64,000 nucleotides of DNA from an uncultured Bacteroidales bacterium (GTDB lineage Bacteria; Bacteroidota; Bacteroidia; Bacteroidales; UBA10428). The notes below the pieces were generated by a model. It searched no databases. It was not told the DNA's origin and saw only the letters and a program-made list of their open reading frames with translations. Below, in pieces: positions 38,309 to 47,140 of the stretch; position 1 is the stretch's first letter; every line of letters starts with the position of its first letter. A program made the position numbers and the translations under genes. The stretch covers positions 1,841,857 to 1,905,856 of the forward strand of contig CAVQXX010000015.1 in the NCBI GenBank assembly GCA_963717995.1, written 5' to 3'.

Positions 38309-39228
38309 ATGAGCAATACTCTTCCATTTTCAATACAATTGATTTCGAGAAAATAATCGATCATCCCAATATTCTGATTGCTGCTGCATTTTGGGATGAT
38401 AAGCGATATAAAGCTGCCCGTATATGCTACAAATATATGCGGGCCATTGATGACCTGATCGACTGCCACAAATCGGCCCATAAAACCATTGCGGAAAGTG
38501 AGAAGGAAAAATTCATGGATAATGTCAATGCCTGGATTGCCATGGCCCATGAATCAAAAAAACATGGAAAGGAAGGAGATGAGTTGCTGGATACGATCCG
38601 GACATTTCATATACCCGTATGGCCATTGGAAGCCTTTGCAAAATCAATGATATATGATATTGACCATGTTGGATTCCGAACGATAGAAGATTTTATTGAA
38701 TATTCCCAGGGCGCATCGGTTGCACCCGCGTCAATTTTTGTGCATTTGAGCGGATTGACCCAAAATGGCCAGGGATATAAGGAACCTCTGTTTGATGTAA
38801 GATCAGCAGCCACACCTTGTGCAATGTTCAGTTACCTGGTTCATATTATCCGTGATTTTCAAAAAGACCAGCTAAACAACCTGAACTATTTTTCAGATGA
38901 AAGTCTGAGCCGGAACGGCCTTACAACAGAAGACCTGTATGCCATGGCCCGGGGTGCGGAAATTAAGGATGGCTTCAGGAAAATGATAAAGGAATACTGC
39001 ATCCTGGCTGAAAAATACAGGCAGCAAACATACCAGGTGATCCAAAATATATGGCCCTTGCTGGAACCAAGGTATAGGCTCAGCCTGCTCATTATCTTCA
39101 ATCTGTACCTGATGGTATTTGAACGAATTGATGCGGATCATGGAAATTTCACCACAGCTGAACTAAATCCCACACCGGAAGAAATCCGAATCCGGGTTAA
39201 GGAAACAATCTATCATTTCAGGGAATAA
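38305..39228 (+). CDS. crtB: Phytoene/squalene synthase family protein (CrtB/CrtM type)
   Basis: Asp-rich motif 1 'YMRAIDDLID' and motif-2 region 'VHIIRDFQKD'. A 4-nt ATGA overlap with crtI indicates translational coupling. Confidence 0.75.
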   Translation: MNEQYSSIFNTIDFEKIIDHPNILIAAAFWDDKRYKAARICYKYMRAIDDLIDCHKSAHKTIAESEKEKFMDNVNAWIAMAHESKKHGKEGDELLDTIRTFHIPVWPLEAFAKSMIYDIDHVGFRTIEDFIEYSQGASVAPASIFVHLSGLTQNGQGYKEPLFDVRSAATPCAMFSYLVHIIRDFQKDQLNNLNYFSDESLSRNGLTTEDLYAMARGAEIKDGFRKMIKEYCILAEKYRQQTYQVIQNIWPLLEPRYRLSLLIIFNLYLMVFERIDADHGNFTTAELNPTPEEIRIRVKETIYHFRE

Positions 39229-39238
39229 TGAACAATCT

Positions 39239-39317
39239 GCTAATGTGCTAATGTGCTAATTTGCAAATGTGTTCCGGAGACTTTCGACTGCATGACTGCA
39301 TAACTGCATAACTGCAA
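39239..39317. repeat. GCTAATGT octamers (4 units, 39239-39270) and RACTGCAT octamers (4 units, 39286-39317) between convergent genes
   Basis: The first array is the reverse complement of the ATTAGCAC family at 9062. The second belongs to the ACTGCA family. A 12-bp palindrome AATTTGCAAATT lies within the first array. Confidence 0.85.
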
Positions 39318-39344
39318 AACTTCCTCTACCGGTCAGCTTATACG

Positions 39345-39788
39345 TCAATTTTTTGTATACACCGCGGTACAATGGTCCACAGTCCCACTGCCATCATCTA
39401 CAGTATATGAAAGGTTGATTTTTTCGAAATTGGATGATATAGTTCCGGAACCTGAAACTGAAAATCCTCCTTCTACATTCTGATTGGGTATGATAAGGCT
39501 CATGCCGGAAACATTTGCCTTCGCACTTGCATTAAGTCCGTAAAAATTATCAATGATCACCCCTGATGGATTGTCAGCATCGGCAGACAAGGTAACTGTA
39601 TATACCTCAGATGTGGCCTTAAATATCTCACTTTGCTCATCGCAGGTCCAATCTCCTTCAAGCTTGGCAACAGTGGCTGCCGAACCGGTCAATGAATCAA
39701 TGGTTTCGCATGAGTAGGTAAACAGAAAAGGAACTATGAATGCAAGTAAAAAAAGTTTGCGTCCTGTTGTGGGTAGATAACGTTTCAT
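39345..39788 (-). CDS. Small hypothetical lipoprotein
   Basis: Signal peptide and lipobox 'LLAFIVPFLFTYSC', followed by a beta-rich 120-aa body. No family recognised. Confidence 0.6.
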   Translation of the reverse strand: MKRYLPTTGRKLFLLAFIVPFLFTYSCETIDSLTGSAATVAKLEGDWTCDEQSEIFKATSEVYTVTLSADADNPSGVIIDNFYGLNASAKANVSGMSLIIPNQNVEGGFSVSGSGTISSNFEKINLSYTVDDGSGTVDHCTAVYTKN

Positions 39789-39932
39789 AATCCGGAAGTT
39801 TATGATTTAACTAATTTCATACCAAAATTATGCCAAATCCAATGGATTGTATTATTTTCGGCATGAAGATTGGTAAGCATGTGTACGTGATATCATCTGA
39901 CTAAGTTAGAAACAAACCTAAAAAAAAGCCTT

Positions 39933-40523
39933 ATGAAAACTGGCCGAATTGTACTGATCGTAGTAGCCTTCCTCCTTGTAATTTTCATTTTCAGGGGATG
40001 CGGTAAATATAACAGTCTGGTTACCATGCGCGAACAGGTAAACAGAGACTGGTCAAACGTTGAAAACGTTTATCAGCGCCGTGCTGACCTGATCCCAAAT
40101 CTGGTAAATACTGTAAAAGGTTATGCTAACCATGAACAGGAAACCTTTACAAAAGTGACCGAAGCAAGGTCAAAAGCCACTTCGGTTACCATTGATGCTG
40201 CCAATATGACAGACGAAGATATGAAACGTTTCCAGGCAGCCCAGGGTGAGGTAACATCTGCTCTCTCCAGATTGCTGGCCGTAGCTGAAGCTTATCCTGA
40301 TCTGAAAGCAAACCAGAATTTTCTGGAATTGCAGTCACAGCTTGAAGGTACGGAAAACAGGATTGCAGTGGAACGGCGAAAATTTAATGAAACTGCCACC
40401 ACCTATAATACAGAACTTAAAAGATTTCCGACAATATTATATGCCGGAATGTTAGGATTTAAAGACAGGCCCTATTTCCAGGCAGAAGAAGGATCACAGG
40501 TAGCTCCAAAAGTTCAATTTTAA
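39933..40523 (+). CDS. lemA: LemA family protein
   Basis: N-terminal TM helix followed by 'YNSLV..RE.V...WSNVENVYQRRADLIPNLV' and 'AYPDLKANQNF..LQ..LEGTENRIAVERRKFN'. Confidence 0.9.
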   Translation: MKTGRIVLIVVAFLLVIFIFRGCGKYNSLVTMREQVNRDWSNVENVYQRRADLIPNLVNTVKGYANHEQETFTKVTEARSKATSVTIDAANMTDEDMKRFQAAQGEVTSALSRLLAVAEAYPDLKANQNFLELQSQLEGTENRIAVERRKFNETATTYNTELKRFPTILYAGMLGFKDRPYFQAEEGSQVAPKVQF

Positions 40524-40527
40524 TACT

Positions 40528-40977
40528 ATGTCTATGCGTGCATCTGATTTATTTACTCCCGAAGAACGGAAGCGGATTATGCAGGCCATTGAAGCGGCTG
40601 AGATGAATACCTCGGGTGAAATCAGGGTACATGTCGAGGTTTCATATAACGGGGCTTTGCTTGACCGGGCAGCAACAGTTTTTGCCCGCTTGGGTATGCA
40701 CAAAACAGCCCTCCGGAATGGGGTTCTGTTTTACCTGGCAGTACAGAAACGACAGTTTGCTGTGATCGGAGATGCCGGCATCAACAAGGTTGTGCCTACT
40801 TCATTCTGGGATGAAACCCGGTCAGTGATGGAAGGATACTTTAAGAATTCTGAATTTGGTGAAGGTTTATCAAAAGGGATACTAATGACCGGCGAACAGC
40901 TGAAGAAGCACTTTCCCTATAAAACCGGTGACTTAAATGAACTTCCCAATGAAATTTCATTTGGCAAGGATGAATGA
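40528..40977 (+). CDS. TPM-domain protein (TLP18.3/Psb32/MOLO-1 phosphatase-like), soluble form
   Basis: 'I..AE..TSGEIRVHV' and 'NGVLFYLAVQKRQFAVIGDAGI'. Position after lemA is conserved. Confidence 0.8.
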   Translation: MSMRASDLFTPEERKRIMQAIEAAEMNTSGEIRVHVEVSYNGALLDRAATVFARLGMHKTALRNGVLFYLAVQKRQFAVIGDAGINKVVPTSFWDETRSVMEGYFKNSEFGEGLSKGILMTGEQLKKHFPYKTGDLNELPNEISFGKDE

Positions 40978-40978
40978 T

Positions 40979-41773
40979 ATGGTAAAGAACATTCGATATA
41001 TATCTGCTTTTCTGCTGATCCTTATTGTCACAGTTAAAGCAAGCGGTCAGCAACTTCCGGAGCCGATGGTTCCGCTGCGGCTCGTAAATGATTTCACCGG
41101 ATTTTTAAGTGAGGATCAGCAAATCGCTCTCAATAACAAGCTCCTGGATTTCAATAATCAAACTTCAACACAGATTTATGTGGTGACCTATGATGAGCTG
41201 CAGGATTACCCGATTGAAGAATTTGCCGACAAATTGGCGGAAAAATGGGGCATCGGTCAAAAGGGGAAGGATAATGGCATAATTATACTTATCAGTCCTC
41301 AAAACCGTCAGCGCGGAATTACTATCCAAACGGGTTATGGCCTTGAAGGAGCAGTCCCTGATGCCATTGCTAAAAGGATTATTGAGAAAGTAATCGTTCC
41401 GGATTTCAAGCAGGGTAATTATTATGCCGGGTTGGATTCAGCTACAAATGTACTCATGTCGCTTACCCGCGGAGAATTTACAGCGGATAACTACATGAAA
41501 AAAAGCGGCGGTGATGGTAAAATTCCGGGTGCGGCATTCTTTATTATTATTATAATATTCCTGCTGTTCTCCAAAATATTTGGAAATAGAAGACGCACCA
41601 TTGGAAGACGCGGATCCATACTTCCATGGCTGCTATTGGGAGCCGGAACTCATTCCGGAAGCGGTTGGGGAAACTTTTCTTCAGGCAGCGGCTCCTTTGG
41701 TGGCGGTGGAGGAGGCTTCGGTGGCGGTGGTGGCGGAAGTTTTGGTGGCGGCGGAGCTTCTGGAGGCTGGTAA
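40979..41773 (+). CDS. TPM-domain protein (YgcG-like) with a signal peptide, a C-terminal TM helix and a Gly-rich tail
   Basis: 'V.D....LS..Q...L...L..F...TS.QI.VVT', 'NGIIILISPQNR', a TM helix 'AAFFIIIIIFLLF', and the tail 'GGGGGFGGGGGGSFGGGGASGGW'. The start is ATG 40979 or 40970. Confidence 0.8.
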   Translation: MVKNIRYISAFLLILIVTVKASGQQLPEPMVPLRLVNDFTGFLSEDQQIALNNKLLDFNNQTSTQIYVVTYDELQDYPIEEFADKLAEKWGIGQKGKDNGIIILISPQNRQRGITIQTGYGLEGAVPDAIAKRIIEKVIVPDFKQGNYYAGLDSATNVLMSLTRGEFTADNYMKKSGGDGKIPGAAFFIIIIIFLLFSKIFGNRRRTIGRRGSILPWLLLGAGTHSGSGWGNFSSGSGSFGGGGGGFGGGGGGSFGGGGASGGW

Positions 41774-41805
41774 TCAGTATCCGGTAATCGGTATCCAGTA
41801 ATTGG
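41771..41805. repeat. 14-nt tandem repeat TAATCRGTATCCRG x2.5 that begins with the stop codon
   Basis: Units are taatcagtatccgg, taatcggtatccag, taattgg. Confidence 0.8.
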
Positions 41806-41818
41806 AAAAATATAGTAG

Positions 41819-41851
41819 GGACAAGGCAATGCCTTGTCCTGTCTTTTTATT
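41819..41851 (+). terminator. Rho-independent terminator, the third member of the GGCAATGCC hairpin family
   Basis: Stem GGACAAGGC / GCCTTGTCC with loop AAT, followed by tgtcTTTTTATT. Confidence 0.75.
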
Positions 41852-41923
41852 CGTGTTTATCCAATTTCAAACATAAATCGGAATCATTCGTTTAATGGTA
41901 TAACGTTTTAATTTGAAATTCAG

Positions 41924-43036
41924 TTGAAAAATACCCTCTCTTTCATAGTACTGTCAATCCTTTTTTCCTGGAATGCAGTTTCACAAACCGGTGACACTTC
42001 CCGCGTAAGTCTTCTTTTTGCCGGAGATATCATGGGCCATAATGAACAAATTACGGGTGCCCGTGACACAAGCAATGGCACATATAATTATGAACCTACT
42101 TTCCGCTTTGTAAAACCGGTGATCGAAAAGGCTGACATAGCCATTGCCAATCTTGAAGTTACCCTGGCCGGCCCACCTTTCAGCGGTTACCCCCAGTTTT
42201 CAAGTCCCGACGCACTTGCCTTTGCTGCCAAAGAGGCAGGATTTGATGTAATGATACAGGCTAACAATCATGCACTTGACAGGGGAGCGGCGGGATTTAA
42301 AAGAACACTCCATGTTCTTGATTCCCTGCAAATTATGCATACCGGTACCTTTATCGATTCAACCGACCGACGTTTACAGTACCCGCTTATGCTGGAAAAA
42401 AATAATATACGCATTGCATTGCTCAATTATTCCTATGGTACAAACGGACTTGAAATACCGCAGCCCTATATTATTAACCGGATTGATACTGATATAATTA
42501 ACAAAGATCTTATTAAGGCTAGGCAATCCTCTCCCGATTATGTGATTGTGACAATTCACTGGGGATTGGAATATGAAAGACTTGCCAACGCTCAACAGAA
42601 GAAACTCGCCTCTTTCTTACTCAGTCACGGTGCAGATGTGATCATTGGTTCACATCCGCATGTGGTTCAGCCGGTAGAATTGATATATAGTGCGGATTCT
42701 TCCGTTAACCAACTCGTAGTCTATTCCCTGGGCAATTACGTATCTAATCAGCGGGCCCAGTACAAAGACGGAGGGATCATGTTTAACCTCAACCTGTTTA
42801 AAACTGATTCAGGCACACGAATTGACAACTACAGCTATATCCCATCATGGGTCTATCGTAAAGATCTCGCCGGGAGATCGATATTCTATATTCTCCCTGT
42901 AAGTTTATATGAACAGGACAGCAATGTGATCGAATTAAAAGAATATGACCAGTACAAACTTTCCCGGTTTGCGAATGATACAAGGGAGCATTTGAAGAAT
43001 ATTCCGGAGGAGAAGGTTGAAGTCGGTAATCGGTGA
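41924..43036 (+). CDS. CapA/PGA_cap-family metallophosphatase-like protein
   Basis: TTG start, signal peptide, 'LLFAGDIMGH', 'ANLEVTL', 'QANNHALD', 'HWGLEY' and 'GSHPHVVQP'. Confidence 0.75.
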   Translation: MKNTLSFIVLSILFSWNAVSQTGDTSRVSLLFAGDIMGHNEQITGARDTSNGTYNYEPTFRFVKPVIEKADIAIANLEVTLAGPPFSGYPQFSSPDALAFAAKEAGFDVMIQANNHALDRGAAGFKRTLHVLDSLQIMHTGTFIDSTDRRLQYPLMLEKNNIRIALLNYSYGTNGLEIPQPYIINRIDTDIINKDLIKARQSSPDYVIVTIHWGLEYERLANAQQKKLASFLLSHGADVIIGSHPHVVQPVELIYSADSSVNQLVVYSLGNYVSNQRAQYKDGGIMFNLNLFKTDSGTRIDNYSYIPSWVYRKDLAGRSIFYILPVSLYEQDSNVIELKEYDQYKLSRFANDTREHLKNIPEEKVEVGNR

Positions 43037-43042
43037 GAAGAA

Positions 43043-43106
43043 GTTCTGCAGTTCTGCAGTTCTGCTTCATGGGCTTCGCCTCTCACCTCTCACCTCTCCC
43101 TACTCC
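43043..43106. repeat. GTTCTGCA octamers x3 (43043-43066) and CCTCTCA heptamers x4 (43079-43106) between convergent genes
   Basis: The octamer is the reverse complement of the ACTGCAGA family. On the minus strand (the nadK side) the heptamer reads TGAGAGG, giving TGA every 7 nt. Confidence 0.85.
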
Positions 43107-43110
43107 CTTT

Positions 43111-43986
43111 TTAGTTCCTCACATCCTCTCCCCACTTCAACTTATCCCTCAGGGTAGTGTAAAAACTGGTGTTGGGAAGTTTCAGGAGTTTCAGGGTGTA
43201 ATCCGATTTGGTAATTTCAAATTCCTCATTCGTGTCCATAATTACAGACCGGTTATCTGCAGTAAGGATGAATTTTCCGCTTCGGCTATGAACCTTAAGC
43301 CTGATCACACTCGAATCGGGAAGGACCAGAGGGCGGACTGTAAGATTATGGGGAGCAATTGGCGCAATAATAAGGCTTCCTGTTCCCGGCACCATAACTG
43401 GCCCTCCCACACTCAAAGAATAAGCCGTGGATCCGGTAGGTGTACTGATGATCAGCCCGTCAGTCCAGTAAGTATTTAAGAATTCCTGGTTAATGTACGC
43501 ATCAATATTGACCATGGTAGAATCGCCCTTGATCGTAATGTCATTCAGGGCAAAATTCATCCCGTCGAAAAGTGCGGGATGACTTGAGAATTCAATCAAC
43601 GGGCGGTACTCAAAACCATAATGCCGTTCCAGGATGTTTGCAAAAGCATCCCGTATATTTTCCTTTGATATATTCGATAAAAAACCCAGCCGGCCCGAAT
43701 TAATACCGATAATAGGTGTACTGTGGCGGATAATAAAAGGAATTGACTCCAGGAAGGTACCATCTCCGCCGATACTCACCATGATGTCACAAGATGTATC
43801 GTAATCGTCGGGGCCGGTAAAAATCCTGTCTACCTTATATTCCTTACAGGTTTCACAGCAAATAAAATCGAAAAAAGGCTTATAAACCACCAGTTCAGTA
43901 TTGTGTTCAGCAAGCACATCCAACATTTCGGTGATGTATGGCCTGAATCCCACGTTGAATGTTTTCCCGTAAACAGCAATCCTCAT
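43111..43986 (-). CDS. nadK: NAD+ kinase
   Basis: 'MVSIGGDGTFL', 'GINSGRLGFL' and 'TPTGSTAYSLSVGGP'. Confidence 0.94.
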   Translation of the reverse strand: MRIAVYGKTFNVGFRPYITEMLDVLAEHNTELVVYKPFFDFICCETCKEYKVDRIFTGPDDYDTSCDIMVSIGGDGTFLESIPFIIRHSTPIIGINSGRLGFLSNISKENIRDAFANILERHYGFEYRPLIEFSSHPALFDGMNFALNDITIKGDSTMVNIDAYINQEFLNTYWTDGLIISTPTGSTAYSLSVGGPVMVPGTGSLIIAPIAPHNLTVRPLVLPDSSVIRLKVHSRSGKFILTADNRSVIMDTNEEFEITKSDYTLKLLKLPNTSFYTTLRDKLKWGEDVRN

Positions 43987-44648
43987 ATACTCAAATACTT
44001 CATAAACATATCGTACCTGTTTTCATACAAACTATCCATATCATCATGATCCATAAAGGTACTTTGAATGGTGTAATTATAGCGGGTAAAGGTCTGTATA
44101 ATAGAGGTCAGATCACTTTTGTTGATCTTTAGTGTGAGTTCAAGCCGCGTGGATGAAGAATGGGAACTGATGTATAAACTCAGGATCTTTGCATCATTGC
44201 TTTCCACAATCTGGGATATCTGCGACAGGGAATAATCATGGATGCTCATTTCAAGAATTATTATGGCTCCTGGTTCCTTGAGTGCAGAAAAATCAGCGAA
44301 GTAATGAATAAGATCATTCTGCGTGATCACTCCCTTGTAATGGCTGTTGACTGAAAGAACCGGAACAATGGACAGGCTTAATCTCGATGCCAGTTCTATC
44401 ACTTCATATACATGCTGGTCCTCAGTCACATATGGACTGAATAAGGAGAGGTTATGATTCCCTATTGGCTCCTCTGCCATATTGTAATCGTAAATATCCT
44501 TGTCTGATATCAGGCCAAGAAAATCTTCATTGTTCACAATAGGCAATTGAGATATCCTGAAAATATCCATCCAGTACAGCGCCTTCTGACCGCTATCAGA
44601 AGTGCGAAGGGCCGGTATAACATCAGATATCAAATCTTTTGCCAGCAT
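43983..44648 (-). CDS. CBS-domain pair protein
   Basis: Two CBS-like modules ('LPIVNNEDFLGLISDKDI', 'VPVLSVNSHYKGVITQNDL'). A 4-nt overlap with nadK. Confidence 0.75.
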   Translation of the reverse strand: MLAKDLISDVIPALRTSDSGQKALYWMDIFRISQLPIVNNEDFLGLISDKDIYDYNMAEEPIGNHNLSLFSPYVTEDQHVYEVIELASRLSLSIVPVLSVNSHYKGVITQNDLIHYFADFSALKEPGAIIILEMSIHDYSLSQISQIVESNDAKILSLYISSHSSSTRLELTLKINKSDLTSIIQTFTRYNYTIQSTFMDHDDMDSLYENRYDMFMKYLSI

Positions 44649-44739
44649 AGCAAAGGTATTTATAAAACCTGCTAAATTTGTTCCGGAAAGCAGTGATTAA
44701 AATTAGCTGTTATTTACATAAAATGCAAACCAGGAAATC

Positions 44740-45453
44740 ATGACCAAACTGAGCGTCAATATCAACAAAATTGCGACGATCCGCAATGCGCGGGGGGGGA
44801 ACGTACCCAATGTTGCCGAAGCTGCCATATATTGTCAGAAATTTGGTGCCCAGGGAATTACAGTACATCCCCGCCCCGATGAAAGGCATATTCGATATCA
44901 GGATGTAAGGGAGATCAAACCCATTATTACAACGGAATTCAATATTGAGGGTTATCCGTCACAGCGCTTTATCGACCTGGTGCAGGAGGTAAAACCAAAC
45001 CAGGCGACCCTGGTTCCTGATTCCCATGAGGTGATCACATCAAACCAGGGATGGAACGTGATCAAGTATGAAAGATTTCTGCGCGATGTGGTTACTGAAT
45101 TGCAGCACAATGGAATCCGCACTTCCTTGTTCATCGACCCGGACCTCGAACAGATCGAATGCGCCGCAGCTACCGGAACTAACCGGATAGAATTATACAC
45201 CGAACCCTACGCGAGCAAATATCAATCCGACAGGGCGAAGGCTATTGCTCCCTATATCCGTGCCGCGCAAAAAGCAGGTGAACTCAAACTTGAACTAAAT
45301 GCAGGTCATGATCTGAGCCTGCAAAACCTCCGTTACTTTAAAGACAATATACCCGGATTACTCGAAGTGTCCATTGGACATGCCCTTATATCGGATGCCC
45401 TGTATTTCGGTTTGGAAAAGACCATTCGCCTTTATCTTGACCAGATCTCCTGA
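44740..45453 (+). CDS. pdxJ: Pyridoxine 5'-phosphate synthase
   Basis: '[17 protein letters not shown]', '[13 protein letters not shown]', 'ATLVPD' and 'NAGHDL'. Confidence 0.95.
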   Translation: MTKLSVNINKIATIRNARGGNVPNVAEAAIYCQKFGAQGITVHPRPDERHIRYQDVREIKPIITTEFNIEGYPSQRFIDLVQEVKPNQATLVPDSHEVITSNQGWNVIKYERFLRDVVTELQHNGIRTSLFIDPDLEQIECAAATGTNRIELYTEPYASKYQSDRAKAIAPYIRAAQKAGELKLELNAGHDLSLQNLRYFKDNIPGLLEVSIGHALISDALYFGLEKTIRLYLDQIS

Positions 45454-46256
45454 TGAAACTTTTTTTCAGAAGATTAGGTTTTGGTAAACCCATCGTTATT
45501 CTTCACGGATTGTACGGATCATCCGACAATTGGTACACCATAGGTAGGGCGTTGGCCGATCAATATGAAGTATTCATACCTGATCAGCGAAATCATGGTA
45601 ATTCACCTCATCATCAGCACCATGATTACAATGTATTGATGGATGATCTCAACGATTTCTTCATTCAGCATAATCTCACCCGCGCAGTGATCCTGGGACA
45701 TTCGATGGGCGGTAAAACGGCACTGGCATTTGGACTTAAGTATCCCGAAAAGGTTGAAAAAATGATCGTGGTGGATATTTCTCCATTTGGATACGATGAA
45801 ACATCGGCTCCTGAAGTTATTTCACATGAACATATCATGAGAAGCCTGATGACTCTTCAGCCCGAAACGCTAAAAGGCAGGCAGGATGCCGATAATAGTC
45901 TTCAGAAACAAATTCGGTCGGAATCGGTAAGGCAGTTTCTGCTTAAAAACCTGAAAAGGGACAGCAAGGGGGTTTTCTATTGGGCAATGAATTTGACAGT
46001 ATTGCTACAGCACCTGACCGACATATACGCCTCTATCATTCCCTCTGAACAAATCAGCACCGATGATATCCCGGTCTTTCCCCTGATGTTTATCAAGGGC
46101 AAAAATTCAGGATACCTGAGAAAAGAAGAGTTCGTCCACATCCGGCATTTTTTCCCCCATGCAGTGCTGGCTGAAATCGCAGGTGCCGGTCACTGGGTGC
46201 ATGCTGAACAACCTGACGAGTTCCTGAGAACTATCAGGGATTTCATTTCAAAATAA
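45453..46256 (+). CDS. Alpha/beta-fold hydrolase
   Basis: Nucleophile elbow 'GHSMGG' and a C-terminal 'GAGHWVHAE' His motif. The start overlaps the pdxJ stop (TGATG). Confidence 0.85.
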   Translation: MKLFFRRLGFGKPIVILHGLYGSSDNWYTIGRALADQYEVFIPDQRNHGNSPHHQHHDYNVLMDDLNDFFIQHNLTRAVILGHSMGGKTALAFGLKYPEKVEKMIVVDISPFGYDETSAPEVISHEHIMRSLMTLQPETLKGRQDADNSLQKQIRSESVRQFLLKNLKRDSKGVFYWAMNLTVLLQHLTDIYASIIPSEQISTDDIPVFPLMFIKGKNSGYLRKEEFVHIRHFFPHAVLAEIAGAGHWVHAEQPDEFLRTIRDFISK

Positions 46257-46357
46257 GCAGGAGAATTCTTCGTTTTATTACCACCGAATTCTCGTTTTTG
46301 GCAAACCCTAAAAGACGGTTTTACGTATATAATCCAACACTTTAAATCATAAGATAC

Positions 46358-47140
46358 ATGAATAGTAAAATGATCATTTATGTTACCGGAATTCTGGTGT
46401 TTTTCACCGTTATTATTATTGCTTGTGAAAAGGAAAAAAAATCTTCCGCACCTGAACTTCCGCCTCTTTCAACTTTTTCGATGCAGATAGATGACCTTTC
46501 TATGGCTGAAAAAGCTGCTGGTTCCTATAATAATATAATTACTGCCGCGTTGGCCACAGGCTACTGGAATACAGTATTGACGGCTTACCTGGCGGTTCCT
46601 GTAGCATCCTATGCTGAAGCCTTTAATCATCCTGCCCAGAGACTGGATAATAACACCTGGGAATGGACATACCAGGTAGTGGTTCAGGATACCACCTATA
46701 CCGCCAATTTATTTGCCTTTATTGAAAGCAATGGCATTAATATGGAAATGCATGTTTCCAAAGAGGGAGGATTTCAGGATTTTGTATGGTATACAGGGAC
46801 TTTCAATTTGGAGAGAACAGAGGGACAATGGACCATTCAGGATAATCCTGAAAACGATATGACCTGGCTGAACATCATCTGGCATCATGATTACGTGGCT
46901 AAAACCTTTGATATTCAATATACAAACGTATATCCAACAGGTGATTACAAAGACAGTTTTATTAAATATGGTATCCGGAAGGATAATGCCTATGACGCCT
47001 TTTATAACATTTACAGTTCACCGGATGACAAAACCTATGAAATAGATTTTAACACAACCACGCACGAGGGCAGAATATATTATGAATCATTATGGCATTG
47101 CTGGGATGCAAATTTACAGGATGTGATTTGCCCCAATTAA
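46358..47140 (+). CDS. Hypothetical lipoprotein
   Basis: Signal peptide and lipobox 'VFFTVIIIACEKE'. No recognisable family. Confidence 0.55.
   Translation: MNSKMIIYVTGILVFFTVIIIACEKEKKSSAPELPPLSTFSMQIDDLSMAEKAAGSYNNIITAALATGYWNTVLTAYLAVPVASYAEAFNHPAQRLDNNTWEWTYQVVVQDTTYTANLFAFIESNGINMEMHVSKEGGFQDFVWYTGTFNLERTEGQWTIQDNPENDMTWLNIIWHHDYVAKTFDIQYTNVYPTGDYKDSFIKYGIRKDNAYDAFYNIYSSPDDKTYEIDFNTTTHEGRIYYESLWHCWDANLQDVICPN

Noticed and set aside
41580-41801. 73-aa alternative-frame ORF over the Gly-rich tail of the TPM protein
   Set aside because: It is an artefact of low-complexity GGN repeats, which stay open in several frames.
43033-43479. 148-aa plus-strand ORF overlapping the capA stop, the repeat spacer and nadK (antisense)
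   Set aside because: It begins in repeat DNA and runs antisense through nadK. Its Ser/Pro/Arg-rich composition is typical of an out-of-frame reading.
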